64,000 nt of DNA from Solirubrobacterales bacterium (GCA_038327125.1 JBBQKR010000003.1:18302-82301); one strand, 5' to 3'; shown: positions 29,293 through 39,289, counted from the first letter of the stretch. Numbers and translations: made by a program. The notes: generated by a model not told the origin, from the letters alone.

Positions 29293-29706
29293 TCAGCCGC
29301 CGGCGGCGTCGGTCGCCTCGGCGGCCCGGGCGAGGCGCTCCAGCATGCGGCGAACGACCGGGCCGTAGCTGCGCGCGAGGGCCGGCTCCAGCGGCCCCGG
29401 CGCAGCGATCGCGACGGCCACGATCGCGCCCTCGTCGCCCGGGAGCGGCTCGACGAGATGGTCGATCGTCACGAGCCCGATCTGCCAGGCCCACGACTCG
29501 CCCGGGTTCACGCGCGAGATGCGCGCCGGGACGGGCACGACGCCCAGCAGCCGCACGGCGCCGACCGCGCCCTCGCGGACCTGCGGCCACCCCAGGCCCC
29601 ACGCACCGCGCACGTGCGGCGCCCACTCAGCCCATCGGGTCGGGCACGCGAGCAGCGCCCACGCGGTCTGGGGGGCTGCTTCGGTGCGGGCCTCGTAGCG
29701 GAGCAT
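29293..29706 (-). CDS. SRPBCC (polyketide cyclase/dehydrase-like) family protein
   Basis: MLRYEARTEAAPQTAWALLACPTRWAEWAPHV... is a typical START/Bet v1-like N-terminus. 137 aa. Confidence 0.65.
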   Translation of the reverse strand: MLRYEARTEAAPQTAWALLACPTRWAEWAPHVRGAWGLGWPQVREGAVGAVRLLGVVPVPARISRVNPGESWAWQIGLVTIDHLVEPLPGDEGAIVAVAIAAPGPLEPALARSYGPVVRRMLERLARAAEATDAAGG

Positions 29707-29743
29707 CGGCCCGAACGGTACGCGCCCGCGCGCCCAGGAGCTC

Positions 29744-31282
29744 TCAGGACGTGGCGGGCGCGACGGCGACCGTCACGCGCGTGGCGTCCGCCAACGCCCG
29801 CAGCTCGACCCTGTCGGCCGTGCGGCTGACGACCTGCGCGCCCGTGGCCGTCACCCGAAAGCCCTGCGGGAAGCTCCGCCGTCCGAGCCACAGCTCGGTG
29901 ACGGCGCCCGCCGGCGCGGGTGCCCCGCTCGGCAGCGTCGTCGTCCAGGACGCCGTGAACACGCCGGAGCTGGCGTCGTGCGACCAGCCGGTCGGCGTGC
30001 CGGCGACGAGTCGCGGGTAGGGCGTGTCGAGCGCCCGCAGGCGCGCCTCGTCGACGTTCGCCCCGGTCGCCGGCAGGCGCAGGTCACGGACGATCGCCGG
30101 CTGGTCCCCCGGTGCGGCGGGCACGTTCGCGTACGGCCAGCGCAGCCACGACTGCATCCGCGCGTCGGCGATCGCGCGCAGGCCTGTGAGCGTGGCGCCA
30201 CGCCGCACGGCGGCCGGCCCGGTCAGCAGCGCGGGACGCCCGGCGGACTGCGACCACGCCGCCGCACGGTCGAGTGCCGTCGCCTGCAGCGCGCCGCAAC
30301 TGCTGCTCACCGTCACGGGCGACGCGGCCGCGGCGAGACCGCAGTCGGCCTGGAACGACAGTCCCGAGAACCGCTGCGCGCCCGTCGCCGGGAGCCGCAA
30401 CGGCGCGAGGATCGGTGCGAGCGAGGGCGGCTCGATCCACGTGATCGCGTCGGCGTCCACGGCGCGCACCTGGGCGACGGTGCGCCGCCACAGCCGTGCG
30501 AGCGCGCCCTGCTGGAACCCCGTGCAGCCGTCGAGCACACACGTCTGCCAGCGCGGCCCCGGCCACGGCGCGTTCATCAGGTCGTAGCCGACGAGCGTGC
30601 GCTCACGCGCGAGCGCCCGCCCGACCGCGCCCGCGATCTGCGTCCAGCGGTCCATCAGCCCGACCTGGCCCGAGGCGATCCGGTTCGCCCACAGGCTCTG
30701 GAACGCGCGGCCCAGCGCCGGGTCGGTGACGTAGCCGTGCGGTGCACGCCGCCGCGCACCGGTGGGGATCCGGTCGTCGCGGGTCATCCAGCCGGGCAGC
30801 CCGGAGCCGAGGTAGCGCGGGCCCCACTGGTCCTGGTGCAGCACGATCAGCGTGAGCAGCCCGTGGCGCGCGAGCAGCCGGACGGTCGCGGCGATCTGGC
30901 TCAGGTACGCGCGATCGATGCCGCCGGGCCGCGGCATGACCGCAGCAGGGACGACGCCCAGGCGCACCGCGTTGAAGCCGGCGCGCGCGAGCAGCTGCGC
31001 GTCGTCGTCGCCGAACCCGGCCGCGCCGGGCAGCCACGGCGCTGCCCGTGCCACGAGGTCGGTGCCGTGGACGATCACGACACGCCCCTGCGCATCGGTG
31101 ATCCAGCGTCCCTGCGGCGCGAGCGGCCAGGCCGCCCGCTCGGCGGCCCCCGCGACGGCCGGAGCGGCGAGCACGGCGGCGAGCGCCAGGAGAACCGCGA
31201 CGGGGCGACGCACGATCGCGACGGTAATGACGCGTGTGGCCGGAACCGTTCTGTGGTTTCGCCAAAGAACTCCCGACGTCAT
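29744..31282 (-). CDS. Secreted GH5 endoglycoceramidase-like protein with both catalytic glutamates substituted (probable pseudoenzyme)
   Basis: Matches Rhodococcus-type EGCase along its length (LHQDQW, GYDLMN-A-PW where NEP is expected, ALLT-G-PA where LGEFG is expected, YPRLVAGTPTGWS, C-terminal beta domain). Signal peptide RRPVAVLLALAAVLAAPAVAGA. The start may be GTG 31213. Confidence 0.75.
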   Translation of the reverse strand: MTSGVLWRNHRTVPATRVITVAIVRRPVAVLLALAAVLAAPAVAGAAERAAWPLAPQGRWITDAQGRVVIVHGTDLVARAAPWLPGAAGFGDDDAQLLARAGFNAVRLGVVPAAVMPRPGGIDRAYLSQIAATVRLLARHGLLTLIVLHQDQWGPRYLGSGLPGWMTRDDRIPTGARRRAPHGYVTDPALGRAFQSLWANRIASGQVGLMDRWTQIAGAVGRALARERTLVGYDLMNAPWPGPRWQTCVLDGCTGFQQGALARLWRRTVAQVRAVDADAITWIEPPSLAPILAPLRLPATGAQRFSGLSFQADCGLAAAASPVTVSSSCGALQATALDRAAAWSQSAGRPALLTGPAAVRRGATLTGLRAIADARMQSWLRWPYANVPAAPGDQPAIVRDLRLPATGANVDEARLRALDTPYPRLVAGTPTGWSHDASSGVFTASWTTTLPSGAPAPAGAVTELWLGRRSFPQGFRVTATGAQVVSRTADRVELRALADATRVTVAVAPATS

Positions 31283-31301
31283 GTACTAGTGTCATCGATC
31301 G

Positions 31302-32348
31302 ATGGCAGACCATCCCCTTCCCGCTCCAGATGTCGCGAAGGAATGGCTCACCACGATGCTCCTCATCCGCCGCTTCGAGGAGCGCGCCGGCGAGCAGTAT
31401 GCGCGCGCGAAGATCGGGGGGTTCCTGCACCTGGCGATCGGCGAGGAGGCGACGATCGTCGGCGCCGTTCGCGCGATGCGCGACAGCGACTACCTGATCG
31501 GCACCTACCGCACGCACGGTCACGCGATCGCGCGCGGCAGCGAGCCGCCGCGCGTCATGGCCGAGCTGTTCGGCCGCGTCGACGGCCTGTGCAAGGGGCG
31601 CGGCGGGTCGATGCACATGTTCGACCTGCCGCGGCGCTTCATGGGCGGCTACGGGATCGTCGGCGGCAACCTGCCGCTCGCAGCCGGCTTCGGCCTGGCG
31701 TCGGACTACATGGGAACGACCGACGCAACGGTCTGCCAGTTCGGCGACGGCGCCTCCAACCAGGGCACGTTCGGGGAGACGATGAACCTCGCGGCGCTGT
31801 GGCGCCTGCCGGTCGTGTTCATGGTCACCAACAACCGCTTCGGCATGGGCACCTCGCTCGAGCGCCATTCGGCGGAGACCGATCTGCAGAAGAAGGGTGA
31901 GGGGTTCGGCGTCCCGGGTATGGAGTGCGACGGGATGGACATCGTCGACACCCACCGCGTGACGACCGAGGCGCTGAAGGTTGCCCGCGAGGAGCGTCGC
32001 CCGGTCCTCGTCGAGGCGCTCACCTACCGCTTCCGCGGGCACTCGGCGGCCGACCCGGAGGAGTACCGCACGAAGGAGGAGGTCGACGAGTGGCGCCGCC
32101 GCGACCCGATCGTCACCTTCGGCGACCGGCTGGTCGCCGAGAACGTCCTGTCGCAGGACGAGCGCGAGGCGATCGACGCCGCGGCGGTGGCGACCGCCGA
32201 CGATGCCGTCGCCTTCGCCGACGCCTCGCCTCCGCCCGAGCCCGCGTCGCTGTACGACGACGTCTACGTGCTGGGCGGCGAGGTCCAGGGCTGGTACTCG
32301 CTGGACGAGCGCGGCGCCGGCGTGCGCAAGGGCGAGGACATCCACTGA
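31302..32348 (+). CDS. pdhA: Pyruvate (2-oxoacid) dehydrogenase E1 alpha subunit
   Basis: FLHLAIGEEA, YRTHGH, GRGGSMH, GIVGGNLPLAAG, FGDGASNQGTF.E..NLAALW.LPV, YRFRGHS. Confidence 0.93.
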   Translation: MADHPLPAPDVAKEWLTTMLLIRRFEERAGEQYARAKIGGFLHLAIGEEATIVGAVRAMRDSDYLIGTYRTHGHAIARGSEPPRVMAELFGRVDGLCKGRGGSMHMFDLPRRFMGGYGIVGGNLPLAAGFGLASDYMGTTDATVCQFGDGASNQGTFGETMNLAALWRLPVVFMVTNNRFGMGTSLERHSAETDLQKKGEGFGVPGMECDGMDIVDTHRVTTEALKVAREERRPVLVEALTYRFRGHSAADPEEYRTKEEVDEWRRRDPIVTFGDRLVAENVLSQDEREAIDAAAVATADDAVAFADASPPPEPASLYDDVYVLGGEVQGWYSLDERGAGVRKGEDIH

Positions 32349-33334
32349 TGGCCACGATGCGCTACCGCGAGGCGCTCAACCAGGCCCTGCGCGAGGAGCT
32401 GCTGCGCGACGAGAACGTCTTCCTGATGGGTGAGGACATCGGCGTCTTCAACGGCGCCTACAAGGTGACGCAGGGGCTGCTCGAGGAGTTCGGCGAGAAG
32501 CGCGTGCGCGACACGCCGATCTCCGAGAACACGATCGTCGGCATGGGCGTCGGCGCGGCGATGCTCGGCCTGCGCCCCGTCGTCGAGCTGATGACGATCA
32601 ACTTCTCACTGCTCGCGCTCGACCAGATCGTCAATCACGCTTCGCACATCCGCTACATGTTCGGCGGCCAGGTGAAGGTCCCGCTCGTCATCCGCATGCC
32701 CCAGGGCGCCGGCCACCAGCTCGGGCCGACGCACTCGCACTCGTGGGAGTCGATCTTCGTCCACGTCCCCGGCATCCTCGTCGCGGTCCCGAGCACCCCG
32801 GCCGATGCGAAGGGACTGCTGAAGGCGGCGATCCGCGAGGACAACCCGGTCGTCTTCATCGAGCACGAGTACCTCTATGGCCAGCGCGGCGAGGTGCCCG
32901 ACGACGAGGACCACGTGGTGCCGTTCGGGAAGGCCGCGATCCGCCGTGAGGGCAGCGACGTCACGATCATCGGCATCTCGCGGATGGCGGTCACGGCCGA
33001 GCGCGCCGCCGAGCAGCTCGCCGAGAAGCACGAGATCGAAGCCGAGGTGATCGACCCGCGCACGCTGCGCCCGCTCGACCTCGACACGATCCTCGAGAGC
33101 GTGCGCAAGACCAACCGCTGCATAGTCGTCGAGGAGGGCTGGCCCCACGGCGGCGTCGGCGCCAACCTCGCCGCGCTGATCCAGGAGCAGGCGTTCGACC
33201 ACCTCGACGCGCCGATCGGCCGCGTCACCGGCGCCGACGTGCCGATGCCGTACGCGAAGAACCTCGAGCAGATCGCGTTCCCCCACGAGCCCGAGATCAT
33301 CGACGCGGTGCTCGCCACCTTCCGGGACATCTGA
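32348..33334 (+). CDS. pdhB: Pyruvate (2-oxoacid) dehydrogenase E1 beta subunit
   Basis: MRYREALNQALREELLRDENVFLMGEDIG...RVRDTPISE...PVVFIEHE... The start overlaps the pdhA stop by 1 nt. Confidence 0.93.
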   Translation: MATMRYREALNQALREELLRDENVFLMGEDIGVFNGAYKVTQGLLEEFGEKRVRDTPISENTIVGMGVGAAMLGLRPVVELMTINFSLLALDQIVNHASHIRYMFGGQVKVPLVIRMPQGAGHQLGPTHSHSWESIFVHVPGILVAVPSTPADAKGLLKAAIREDNPVVFIEHEYLYGQRGEVPDDEDHVVPFGKAAIRREGSDVTIIGISRMAVTAERAAEQLAEKHEIEAEVIDPRTLRPLDLDTILESVRKTNRCIVVEEGWPHGGVGANLAALIQEQAFDHLDAPIGRVTGADVPMPYAKNLEQIAFPHEPEIIDAVLATFRDI

Positions 33335-33335
33335 G

Positions 33336-34736
33336 ATGGCCGAGATCGTCATGCCGCGGCTGTCGGACTCGATGGAGGAGGGCACGATCATTCGCTGGCT
33401 CAAGGAGCCGGGCGCGCCTGTCGCGCGCGGCGAGGAGCTCGTCGAGATCGAGACGGACAAGGCGACGATGACCTACGAGTCCGACGCCGCGGGGGTGCTG
33501 GAGATCGTGGCGCAGGAGGGCGACACGCTCGCAATCGGCGAGGTGATCGCACGCCTCGGTGACGGGTCGCCGGCGCCGAGCCCCGCGCCCGTCGCTGAGG
33601 CTCCGGCTCCCGTCGCTGAGGCTCCGGCTCCGGTGGCTGAAGCTCCGGCGGCAGCCGGCGTGGACCCGCCCGCCGACCTGCCGACGGACGTCGGCCCCGT
33701 GCAGGGCACGCCGCCCGTCGAGCCGGTGCGGTCTGCCGCCCCCGTGCCCCACGTGGACGGCTCGCAGGGGCGCGTCAAGGCCTCGCCGGTGGCACGCCGG
33801 ATCGCCAAGGAGCGCGGCGTGGAGATCTCCGGGCTGACCGGCACCGGGCCCGGCGGGCGGATCGTCAAGGCCGACGTCGAAGCGGCGGCGGACACCGGGC
33901 CCGCGGACAAGGGACCGCGCCTGTCGTCGGTTGAGGAACGGCCCCCCGGCGGGACAGACCGCCAAGGGGCGTCTGATGGTTCGCCGGCTCCCCCCGCCCC
34001 CGCTCCGCCCCCACCGGCGGCCGTCACCTCCGGTGAGCCGGGCAGCGCGAAGGGCGAGGTGACGGTCACCGAGCCGACGCGCATCCAGCAGCTGATCGCC
34101 AGGCGGATGGCGGAGTCGCGCGCGACGATCCCGACGTTCACGCTGCGCGTCACCGTCGACATGAGCCAGTGCGTGGACCTGCGCACCACGCTGAAGGTCA
34201 GCGGCGCGGAGACGGTCCCGTCGTTCAACGACCTCGTCGTCAAGGCCTGCGCGCTCGCGCTCGCCGAGCACCCCAGCGCCAACGGCGCCTATCGCGACGG
34301 CAAGTTCGAGCGCTACGCCCGCGTCAACATCGGGGTCGCGGTCGCCGCCGAGGGCTCACTCGTCGTGCCCACCATCTTCGACGCCGACCAGAAGGGCCTG
34401 GCGCAGATCACCAGTGAGACCCGCGCGCTCGCCGAGCGCGTGCGCAGCGGCGCGATCACGCCGCCCGAGCTCAGCGGCGGCACGTTCACCGTCAGCAACC
34501 TGGGCATGTACGGGGTGCGCAGCTTCGAGGCCGTGATCAACCCGCCGCAGGCCGCGATCCTCAGCGTCGGCGCGCTCGAGGCGCGCCCCGTCGCGCGCGA
34601 CGGCGAGGTCGTCGTGCGCCAGCAGATGGACGTCGAGCTGGCCTGCGACCACCGCATCCTCTACGGCGCCCAGGCCGCCGAGTTCCTCGCCCGCGTCCGC
34701 GGGATCCTCGAAGCGCCGCTCAGCCTCGCGCTGTAG
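33336..34736 (+). CDS. Dihydrolipoamide acyltransferase (E2)
   Basis: Lipoyl domain (VEIETDKATMTYES), Ala/Pro linkers, PSBD (ASPVARRIAKERGVEISGLTGTGPGGRI), and the catalytic domain ending ...LACDHRILYGAQAAEFL. Confidence 0.93.
   Translation: MAEIVMPRLSDSMEEGTIIRWLKEPGAPVARGEELVEIETDKATMTYESDAAGVLEIVAQEGDTLAIGEVIARLGDGSPAPSPAPVAEAPAPVAEAPAPVAEAPAAAGVDPPADLPTDVGPVQGTPPVEPVRSAAPVPHVDGSQGRVKASPVARRIAKERGVEISGLTGTGPGGRIVKADVEAAADTGPADKGPRLSSVEERPPGGTDRQGASDGSPAPPAPAPPPPAAVTSGEPGSAKGEVTVTEPTRIQQLIARRMAESRATIPTFTLRVTVDMSQCVDLRTTLKVSGAETVPSFNDLVVKACALALAEHPSANGAYRDGKFERYARVNIGVAVAAEGSLVVPTIFDADQKGLAQITSETRALAERVRSGAITPPELSGGTFTVSNLGMYGVRSFEAVINPPQAAILSVGALEARPVARDGEVVVRQQMDVELACDHRILYGAQAAEFLARVRGILEAPLSLAL
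33585..33647 (+). repeat. 3 x 21-nt in-frame tandem repeat encoding APVAEAP in the E2 inter-domain linker
   Basis: gcgcccgtcgctgaggctccg / gctcccgtcgctgaggctccg / gctccggtggctgaagctccg. Confidence 0.85.
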
Positions 34737-35633
34737 CTAAGGCTCGATGACGTTGCGCGGATCCGGCTGCTCGCCGGCCGGCGCCTGCGAGTAGTCGCCG
34801 AACGGCCCATCACGCTCGCCGACGACCGCACCGACGCCCTCGCGCTCGGCGATGTCGATGAAGCGCCGGGCGTCCGGCGTGTTGCGCATCAGCCCGTCGA
34901 GGATCGGGCCGAGCGTCTGCGTCGAAGCCAGGCCCATGTTCTCGTACGCCTGATTGACGATCAGCTTCATCGCGGCGAGCTGCGACGACGGGATCTGCGC
35001 GAGCTGCGCTGCCTGCTCGCCGACGACCGCCTCGAGGTCCTTGAACGGCACCGCCCGGTTGATCAACCCGATCTCCGCGGCCTCGATCCCGGACAGCGGC
35101 TTGCCGGTCAGCGCGTACTCCTTGGCCTTCGTCAGACCGAGGCGATAGAGCCACATGCCCGAGAGGTAGGCACCCCACATGCGCGCGTAGGGCGTGCCGA
35201 TGCGCGCGTCCTCGCTTGCGATGACGAGGTCGGCGCAGAGCGCGAAATCGCTGCCGCCGCCGACGCACCAGCCATGGACCTGGGCGATCACCGGCTTCGG
35301 TGATCGCCAGACGCTCATGAACTTCTGCGTCGGCGACGTGCTCGGAGCGGTCGCCATCACGAAGTCCTTGCCGGGATCCCACGCGCCGTCCGTCGTGAGG
35401 CTCTCGTCCCAGTGGTGGAACCCGCCGCCGAAGTCGTAGCCGGCACAGAACGAGCGGCCGGCGCCCCGCAGCACGATCACCTTCACCTGCGGGTCGGCGA
35501 CCGCGTGCTCGACGGCCGCCTGCACCTCGTCGGGCATCGGCGGGACGATCGTGTTGAGCCGCTCGGGCCGGTTCAGCGTGATCGTCGCGATCGCTCCCTC
35601 GCACGCGTAGAGCAGCGTCTCGAACTCGGGCAT
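34737..35633 (-). CDS. Enoyl-CoA hydratase/isomerase (crotonase) family protein
   Basis: ATITLNRPERLN...VIVLRGAGRSFCAGYD...KPVIAQVHGWCVGGGSDFALCADL. Confidence 0.85.
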   Translation of the reverse strand: MPEFETLLYACEGAIATITLNRPERLNTIVPPMPDEVQAAVEHAVADPQVKVIVLRGAGRSFCAGYDFGGGFHHWDESLTTDGAWDPGKDFVMATAPSTSPTQKFMSVWRSPKPVIAQVHGWCVGGGSDFALCADLVIASEDARIGTPYARMWGAYLSGMWLYRLGLTKAKEYALTGKPLSGIEAAEIGLINRAVPFKDLEAVVGEQAAQLAQIPSSQLAAMKLIVNQAYENMGLASTQTLGPILDGLMRNTPDARRFIDIAEREGVGAVVGERDGPFGDYSQAPAGEQPDPRNVIEP

Positions 35634-35642
35634 CGCGGGCCT

Positions 35643-36161
35643 TCAGCCGCCGCGCGCGGCCTGCACGGCGTGCGCGATCGCCGACGCGCCCTCGTCCTCG
35701 CCCTTGGCGGCGAGGAAGCGCTCATCGCCGATCTCGAGGATGCCGGCGCCGTGCGGGCTGCCCTCGGGGAGGGCGTACCAGGCGGCGAAGGTCTCGCCCA
35801 GCGGCCCGGCGCTCCAGGCGCCCGTGCGGTCATCGACGTGCCCGTCGTCGTGGTCCTCAGTCGTGAAGCGGTAGAGCGTCCCCGCGCCTGCGATGACGAG
35901 CGTCGTCTCCTCGAGGTGGGCGCTCTGCACGAGCGACTCGCCGGTCGTCGGGCCGGACGGCGACAGCCCCTCCTCGCTCGTGGCCTCCGCAACCGAGAGC
36001 GGTGAGGCGGCGACGGGACCGTCGAGCGGGCCGGTGACGGTCGCCGCGCTGATGCGCCGCGTCAGCGCGGCGGCGCGGGGCTCGTCACCCTCCGCCAGCA
36101 GTCCGAGCGCGAGCACGCTCTCCAGGAGCTCGCGACGCTGTTCGTGGGGATCGAGGCTCAT
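35643..36161 (-). CDS. Hypothetical acidic protein
   Basis: ORF with good GC3. No motif recognised. ATG 36161 chosen. Confidence 0.45.
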   Translation of the reverse strand: MSLDPHEQRRELLESVLALGLLAEGDEPRAAALTRRISAATVTGPLDGPVAASPLSVAEATSEEGLSPSGPTTGESLVQSAHLEETTLVIAGAGTLYRFTTEDHDDGHVDDRTGAWSAGPLGETFAAWYALPEGSPHGAGILEIGDERFLAAKGEDEGASAIAHAVQAARGG

Positions 36162-36185
36162 GCCCGCGATCCTACGGCGCACGGG

Positions 36186-36770
36186 TCAGCGGCGTGCGGC
36201 GGCGATCAGCGGGCCGAGCTCGCTCAACACGTCGTCCAGCGGCTTCGGCGACTTCGTCGCACGGCACTGGATCACCGCGCCCTCGATCGCGGTGACCGCC
36301 AGCATCGCGATGCGGTCGGCGCGCCCACGGGGCACACCGGATCGCCGCAGCGTCTGGGCGATCAGCGCTTCCCAGCGCTCGAAGGCCGCGGCGGCGGCGG
36401 CAGCCACGCCACGGGACGCGTCGGCCTCGACGGCGACCGCGACGACGGGACAGCCGGCGCGGAAGTCGCTGCGCTCGAGCTGGCGGCGCCAGCCGCCGGC
36501 GAACGCCTCGAGCAGCGCCTGCGGATCGCCGCCGGCGGCTGCGCGCTCGATCTGCGCGGCGACGATGTCGGACGCGAACTGGACGGTCTCCTCCGCGAGC
36601 TGGGCCTTGCCGCCGGGGAAGTGGTGGTAGATCGAGCCGCGTGGGGCGCCGCTGTGCTCGACGACGTCGCGGAAGCCGGTCGCGCTGTAGCCCTGCTCGC
36701 GGAACAGCACCGCCGCGCTGGCGATCATCCGGGTGCGGCTGTCGGGCTGTGGCTGCGGCTCGCCGGGCAT
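36186..36770 (-). CDS. TetR family transcriptional regulator
   Basis: RMIASAAVLFREQGYSATGFRDVVEHSGAPRGSIYHHFPGGKAQL (TetR_N HTH). Confidence 0.88.
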   Translation of the reverse strand: MPGEPQPQPDSRTRMIASAAVLFREQGYSATGFRDVVEHSGAPRGSIYHHFPGGKAQLAEETVQFASDIVAAQIERAAAGGDPQALLEAFAGGWRRQLERSDFRAGCPVVAVAVEADASRGVAAAAAAAFERWEALIAQTLRRSGVPRGRADRIAMLAVTAIEGAVIQCRATKSPKPLDDVLSELGPLIAAARR

Positions 36771-36842
36771 GGCTTCTCTATGACGCTCATCATAGGGCTG
36801 CGAGTGGGGCCGGGTGGCGATCCGTCGCCGCGAGGACACGCC

Positions 36843-37469
36843 CTACCGGATCAGCACGACGTCGCCGAGCGGGCCCGCAAGCTCGCGGTTGGGCACCTGG
36901 CTGGTGTCGCGGGTGACGCCCGGTGGCGACTGGTCGGTCTTGACGATCACGCACAGGCTGCGCGCCGGGTCCCGGCCCGGCACGCAGGTGCGGTAGAGAT
37001 CGGGGCCCGGCTTCCAGGTGTCCATCCGGCTGAGGTTGCGCCGGTACTCGGCCGGCGCCTGAAGCGCGAAGTACGCCCGTGCCGCAAGCGCCTGCGCGCG
37101 CAGCGCATCAGCCTCGTCGCGCACGAACGGGCGGTGTGCGATGCCGCCGGCGACCAGGACGAGCGCCAGGCCCGCGAGCGCCCGGACGCCGGCCCGGTCG
37201 CGCGCGGCGAACGGCGGCAGCGTCGGGTCGCGGCGGCGCATCCACAGGCCGATCAGCGGTCCGGCGACGGCGACCATCACGAGGTTCAGGAACGCCGCGC
37301 CGAGCAGCGCGCCGACGATGCTCGCACCGCGGTCCCCCGTAAACGGCAGGTGCCGCAGCACCAGCGCGTCGGCGATCGTGAACAGGACGAACGCGGGTGC
37401 CAGCCAGGCCCCGCGCAGGCGCCAGCGCAGCCGCCGGAGCCAGACGAGCCGGTCCTCGTGAGCCTCCAC
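36843..37469 (-). CDS. Membrane protein of unknown function
   Basis: Three to four TM segments after LVWLRRLRWRLRGAW, followed by a soluble C-terminal domain. GTG 37469 chosen so as not to overlap lipB; the start is uncertain. Confidence 0.5.
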   Translation of the reverse strand: MEAHEDRLVWLRRLRWRLRGAWLAPAFVLFTIADALVLRHLPFTGDRGASIVGALLGAAFLNLVMVAVAGPLIGLWMRRRDPTLPPFAARDRAGVRALAGLALVLVAGGIAHRPFVRDEADALRAQALAARAYFALQAPAEYRRNLSRMDTWKPGPDLYRTCVPGRDPARSLCVIVKTDQSPPGVTRDTSQVPNRELAGPLGDVVLIR

Positions 37470-37534
37470 GAACGGAGCGTACGCCTGGCCGGCGGGATCC
37501 CGGCCCGCGAGCGCGCCAGGAGTACGCTGGTCGG

Positions 37535-38251
37535 ATGGCCGCTGCGCCCGAGTTGTGGGTCGTGCATCTGGGCCGGCTCCCGTACCCCGAGGGGCTGGCG
37601 CTGCAGGAGCGCGTGCGCGATGCACGCGAGCGCGACCTCGTGCCCGACACGCTGCTGCTGCTCGAGCACGACCCGGTGTACACGCGCGGGCGCCGGACCG
37701 CTCCCGGCGAGCTGCCGATGCCGGTCGCGTGGTACGCCGCGCGCGGGATCGAGATCGTCGAGGTCGACCGCGGCGGGCGTGCCACCTATCACGGCCCAGG
37801 CCAGCTCGTGGGCTACCCGATCGTGCGCACCGACGACGTCCTCGCGCACGTGCGCGGCATGGAACGGACGATCGCCTCGGCGCTGGGGGAGGAGGGCGTC
37901 GTGGCCGCCGGCAGGACGGACGACGGCCCGGACTTCACCGGCGTCTGGGTGGACGGCACACGCAAGATCGCGTCGCTCGGCGTGCATGTGCGGCGCGGCA
38001 TCACGACCCACGGCTTCGCCGTGAACGTCGACAACGACCTCGCGCCGTTCGGATGGATCGTCCCGTGTGGGCTTGAGGGCGTCGCGATGACGACGGTGGT
38101 CGCCGAGAGCGGGCGGCCCGGACCGCTGCTCACCTGCGTGCGCCGGCGCGTCGCGCACGCCTACGCGAGCGAGCGCGGACTGCGGCAGAGGCTCGTCACA
38201 GCGGCTGCGCTTGAACGTGCGCTGGGCGCCACACCCGCCGCGCTAGTGTGA
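37535..38251 (+). CDS. lipB: Octanoyltransferase (lipoyl(octanoyl) transferase)
   Basis: LLLLEHDPVYTRG...RGGRATYHGPGQLVGYPI...GVWV...RKIASLGVHV.RGITTHGFA.NV. Confidence 0.93.
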   Translation: MAAAPELWVVHLGRLPYPEGLALQERVRDARERDLVPDTLLLLEHDPVYTRGRRTAPGELPMPVAWYAARGIEIVEVDRGGRATYHGPGQLVGYPIVRTDDVLAHVRGMERTIASALGEEGVVAAGRTDDGPDFTGVWVDGTRKIASLGVHVRRGITTHGFAVNVDNDLAPFGWIVPCGLEGVAMTTVVAESGRPGPLLTCVRRRVAHAYASERGLRQRLVTAAALERALGATPAALV

Positions 38252-39246
38252 TTCCCGTGAGCTCCACGCCACCTGAGCGCGAGCACAAGACGCGGTCGCG
38301 GTCCAATCCCGGCGGCATGGATGTGCTGAAGGTGCTGGGCAGCGACGTCCAGCCGATCCGCGCCCGCAAGCCGCCGTGGTTCAAGGTGCCGGCGCCCGGC
38401 GGCGCGAAGTACCGCGAGCTCTCGAAGCTGATCAGCGACGAGAACCTCCACACCGTCTGCCAGGAGGCCGCCTGCCCGAACGTCGGCGAGTGCTGGGAGC
38501 GCGGCACCGCGACGTTCATGATCCTCGGCGACACCTGCACCCGCCGCTGCGGCTTCTGCAACGTGACGACCGGCAAGCCGACGTGGAACGACCCGCTCGA
38601 GCCCGCCCGGGTCGCCCGGTCGATCGCGAAGATGGGGCTGCGCCACGCGGTCATCACGAGCGTCGACCGCGACGACCTCCCGGACCTCGGCTCGCGGATC
38701 TGGGCGGCGACGATCCGCCAGTGCCGCCGCCAGGCGCCCGACTGCCAGGTCGAGGTCCTCACGCCCGACTTCCGCGGCGAGGAGATGCCGCTGGCGACCG
38801 TGCTCGCCGAGCGTCCCGACGTCTTCAACCACAACGTCGAGGTCGTGCCGCGGCTCTACCCGCTCGCCCGCCGCGGGTCGCGCTGGGAGCGCTCCGTGCG
38901 GGTGCTGCGCAACGCGAAGGCGATCGCGGGCCGCGACGTCGTGACGAAGTCAGGGCTGATGGTCGGGCTCGGCGAGACGCACGATGAGATGGTCGCCGCC
39001 TTCGCCGACCTGCGCGCCGCCGGCGTCCAGGTGCTGACGGTCGGCCAGTACCTGCGGCCGACCGAGCGCCATCTGCCCGTCGTGCGCTACTGGCACCCGG
39101 ACGAGTTCAAGGCGCTCGAGCTGGCGGCCTACGAGCTCGGGTTCGACCACATCGCCGCCGGTCCGCTCGTGCGCTCGAGCTACCACGCCGATCAGCACGT
39201 GCCGCAGCCGCGGGCGGGCGTCGGTCCGTTGGCCGCGAGCGCCTGA
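38248..39246 (+). CDS. lipA: Lipoyl synthase
   Basis: KPPWFKV..P.G..Y..L......LHTVCQEAACPN.GECW..GTATFMILGDTCTRRCGFC.V, and SGLMVGLGET. The GTG overlaps the lipB stop (GTGA). Confidence 0.95.
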   Translation: MIPVSSTPPEREHKTRSRSNPGGMDVLKVLGSDVQPIRARKPPWFKVPAPGGAKYRELSKLISDENLHTVCQEAACPNVGECWERGTATFMILGDTCTRRCGFCNVTTGKPTWNDPLEPARVARSIAKMGLRHAVITSVDRDDLPDLGSRIWAATIRQCRRQAPDCQVEVLTPDFRGEEMPLATVLAERPDVFNHNVEVVPRLYPLARRGSRWERSVRVLRNAKAIAGRDVVTKSGLMVGLGETHDEMVAAFADLRAAGVQVLTVGQYLRPTERHLPVVRYWHPDEFKALELAAYELGFDHIAAGPLVRSSYHADQHVPQPRAGVGPLAASA

Positions 39247-39289
39247 GTACGGCCCCTCCCACACCGCCCGCGGATAGCCTCAGTCCCTC

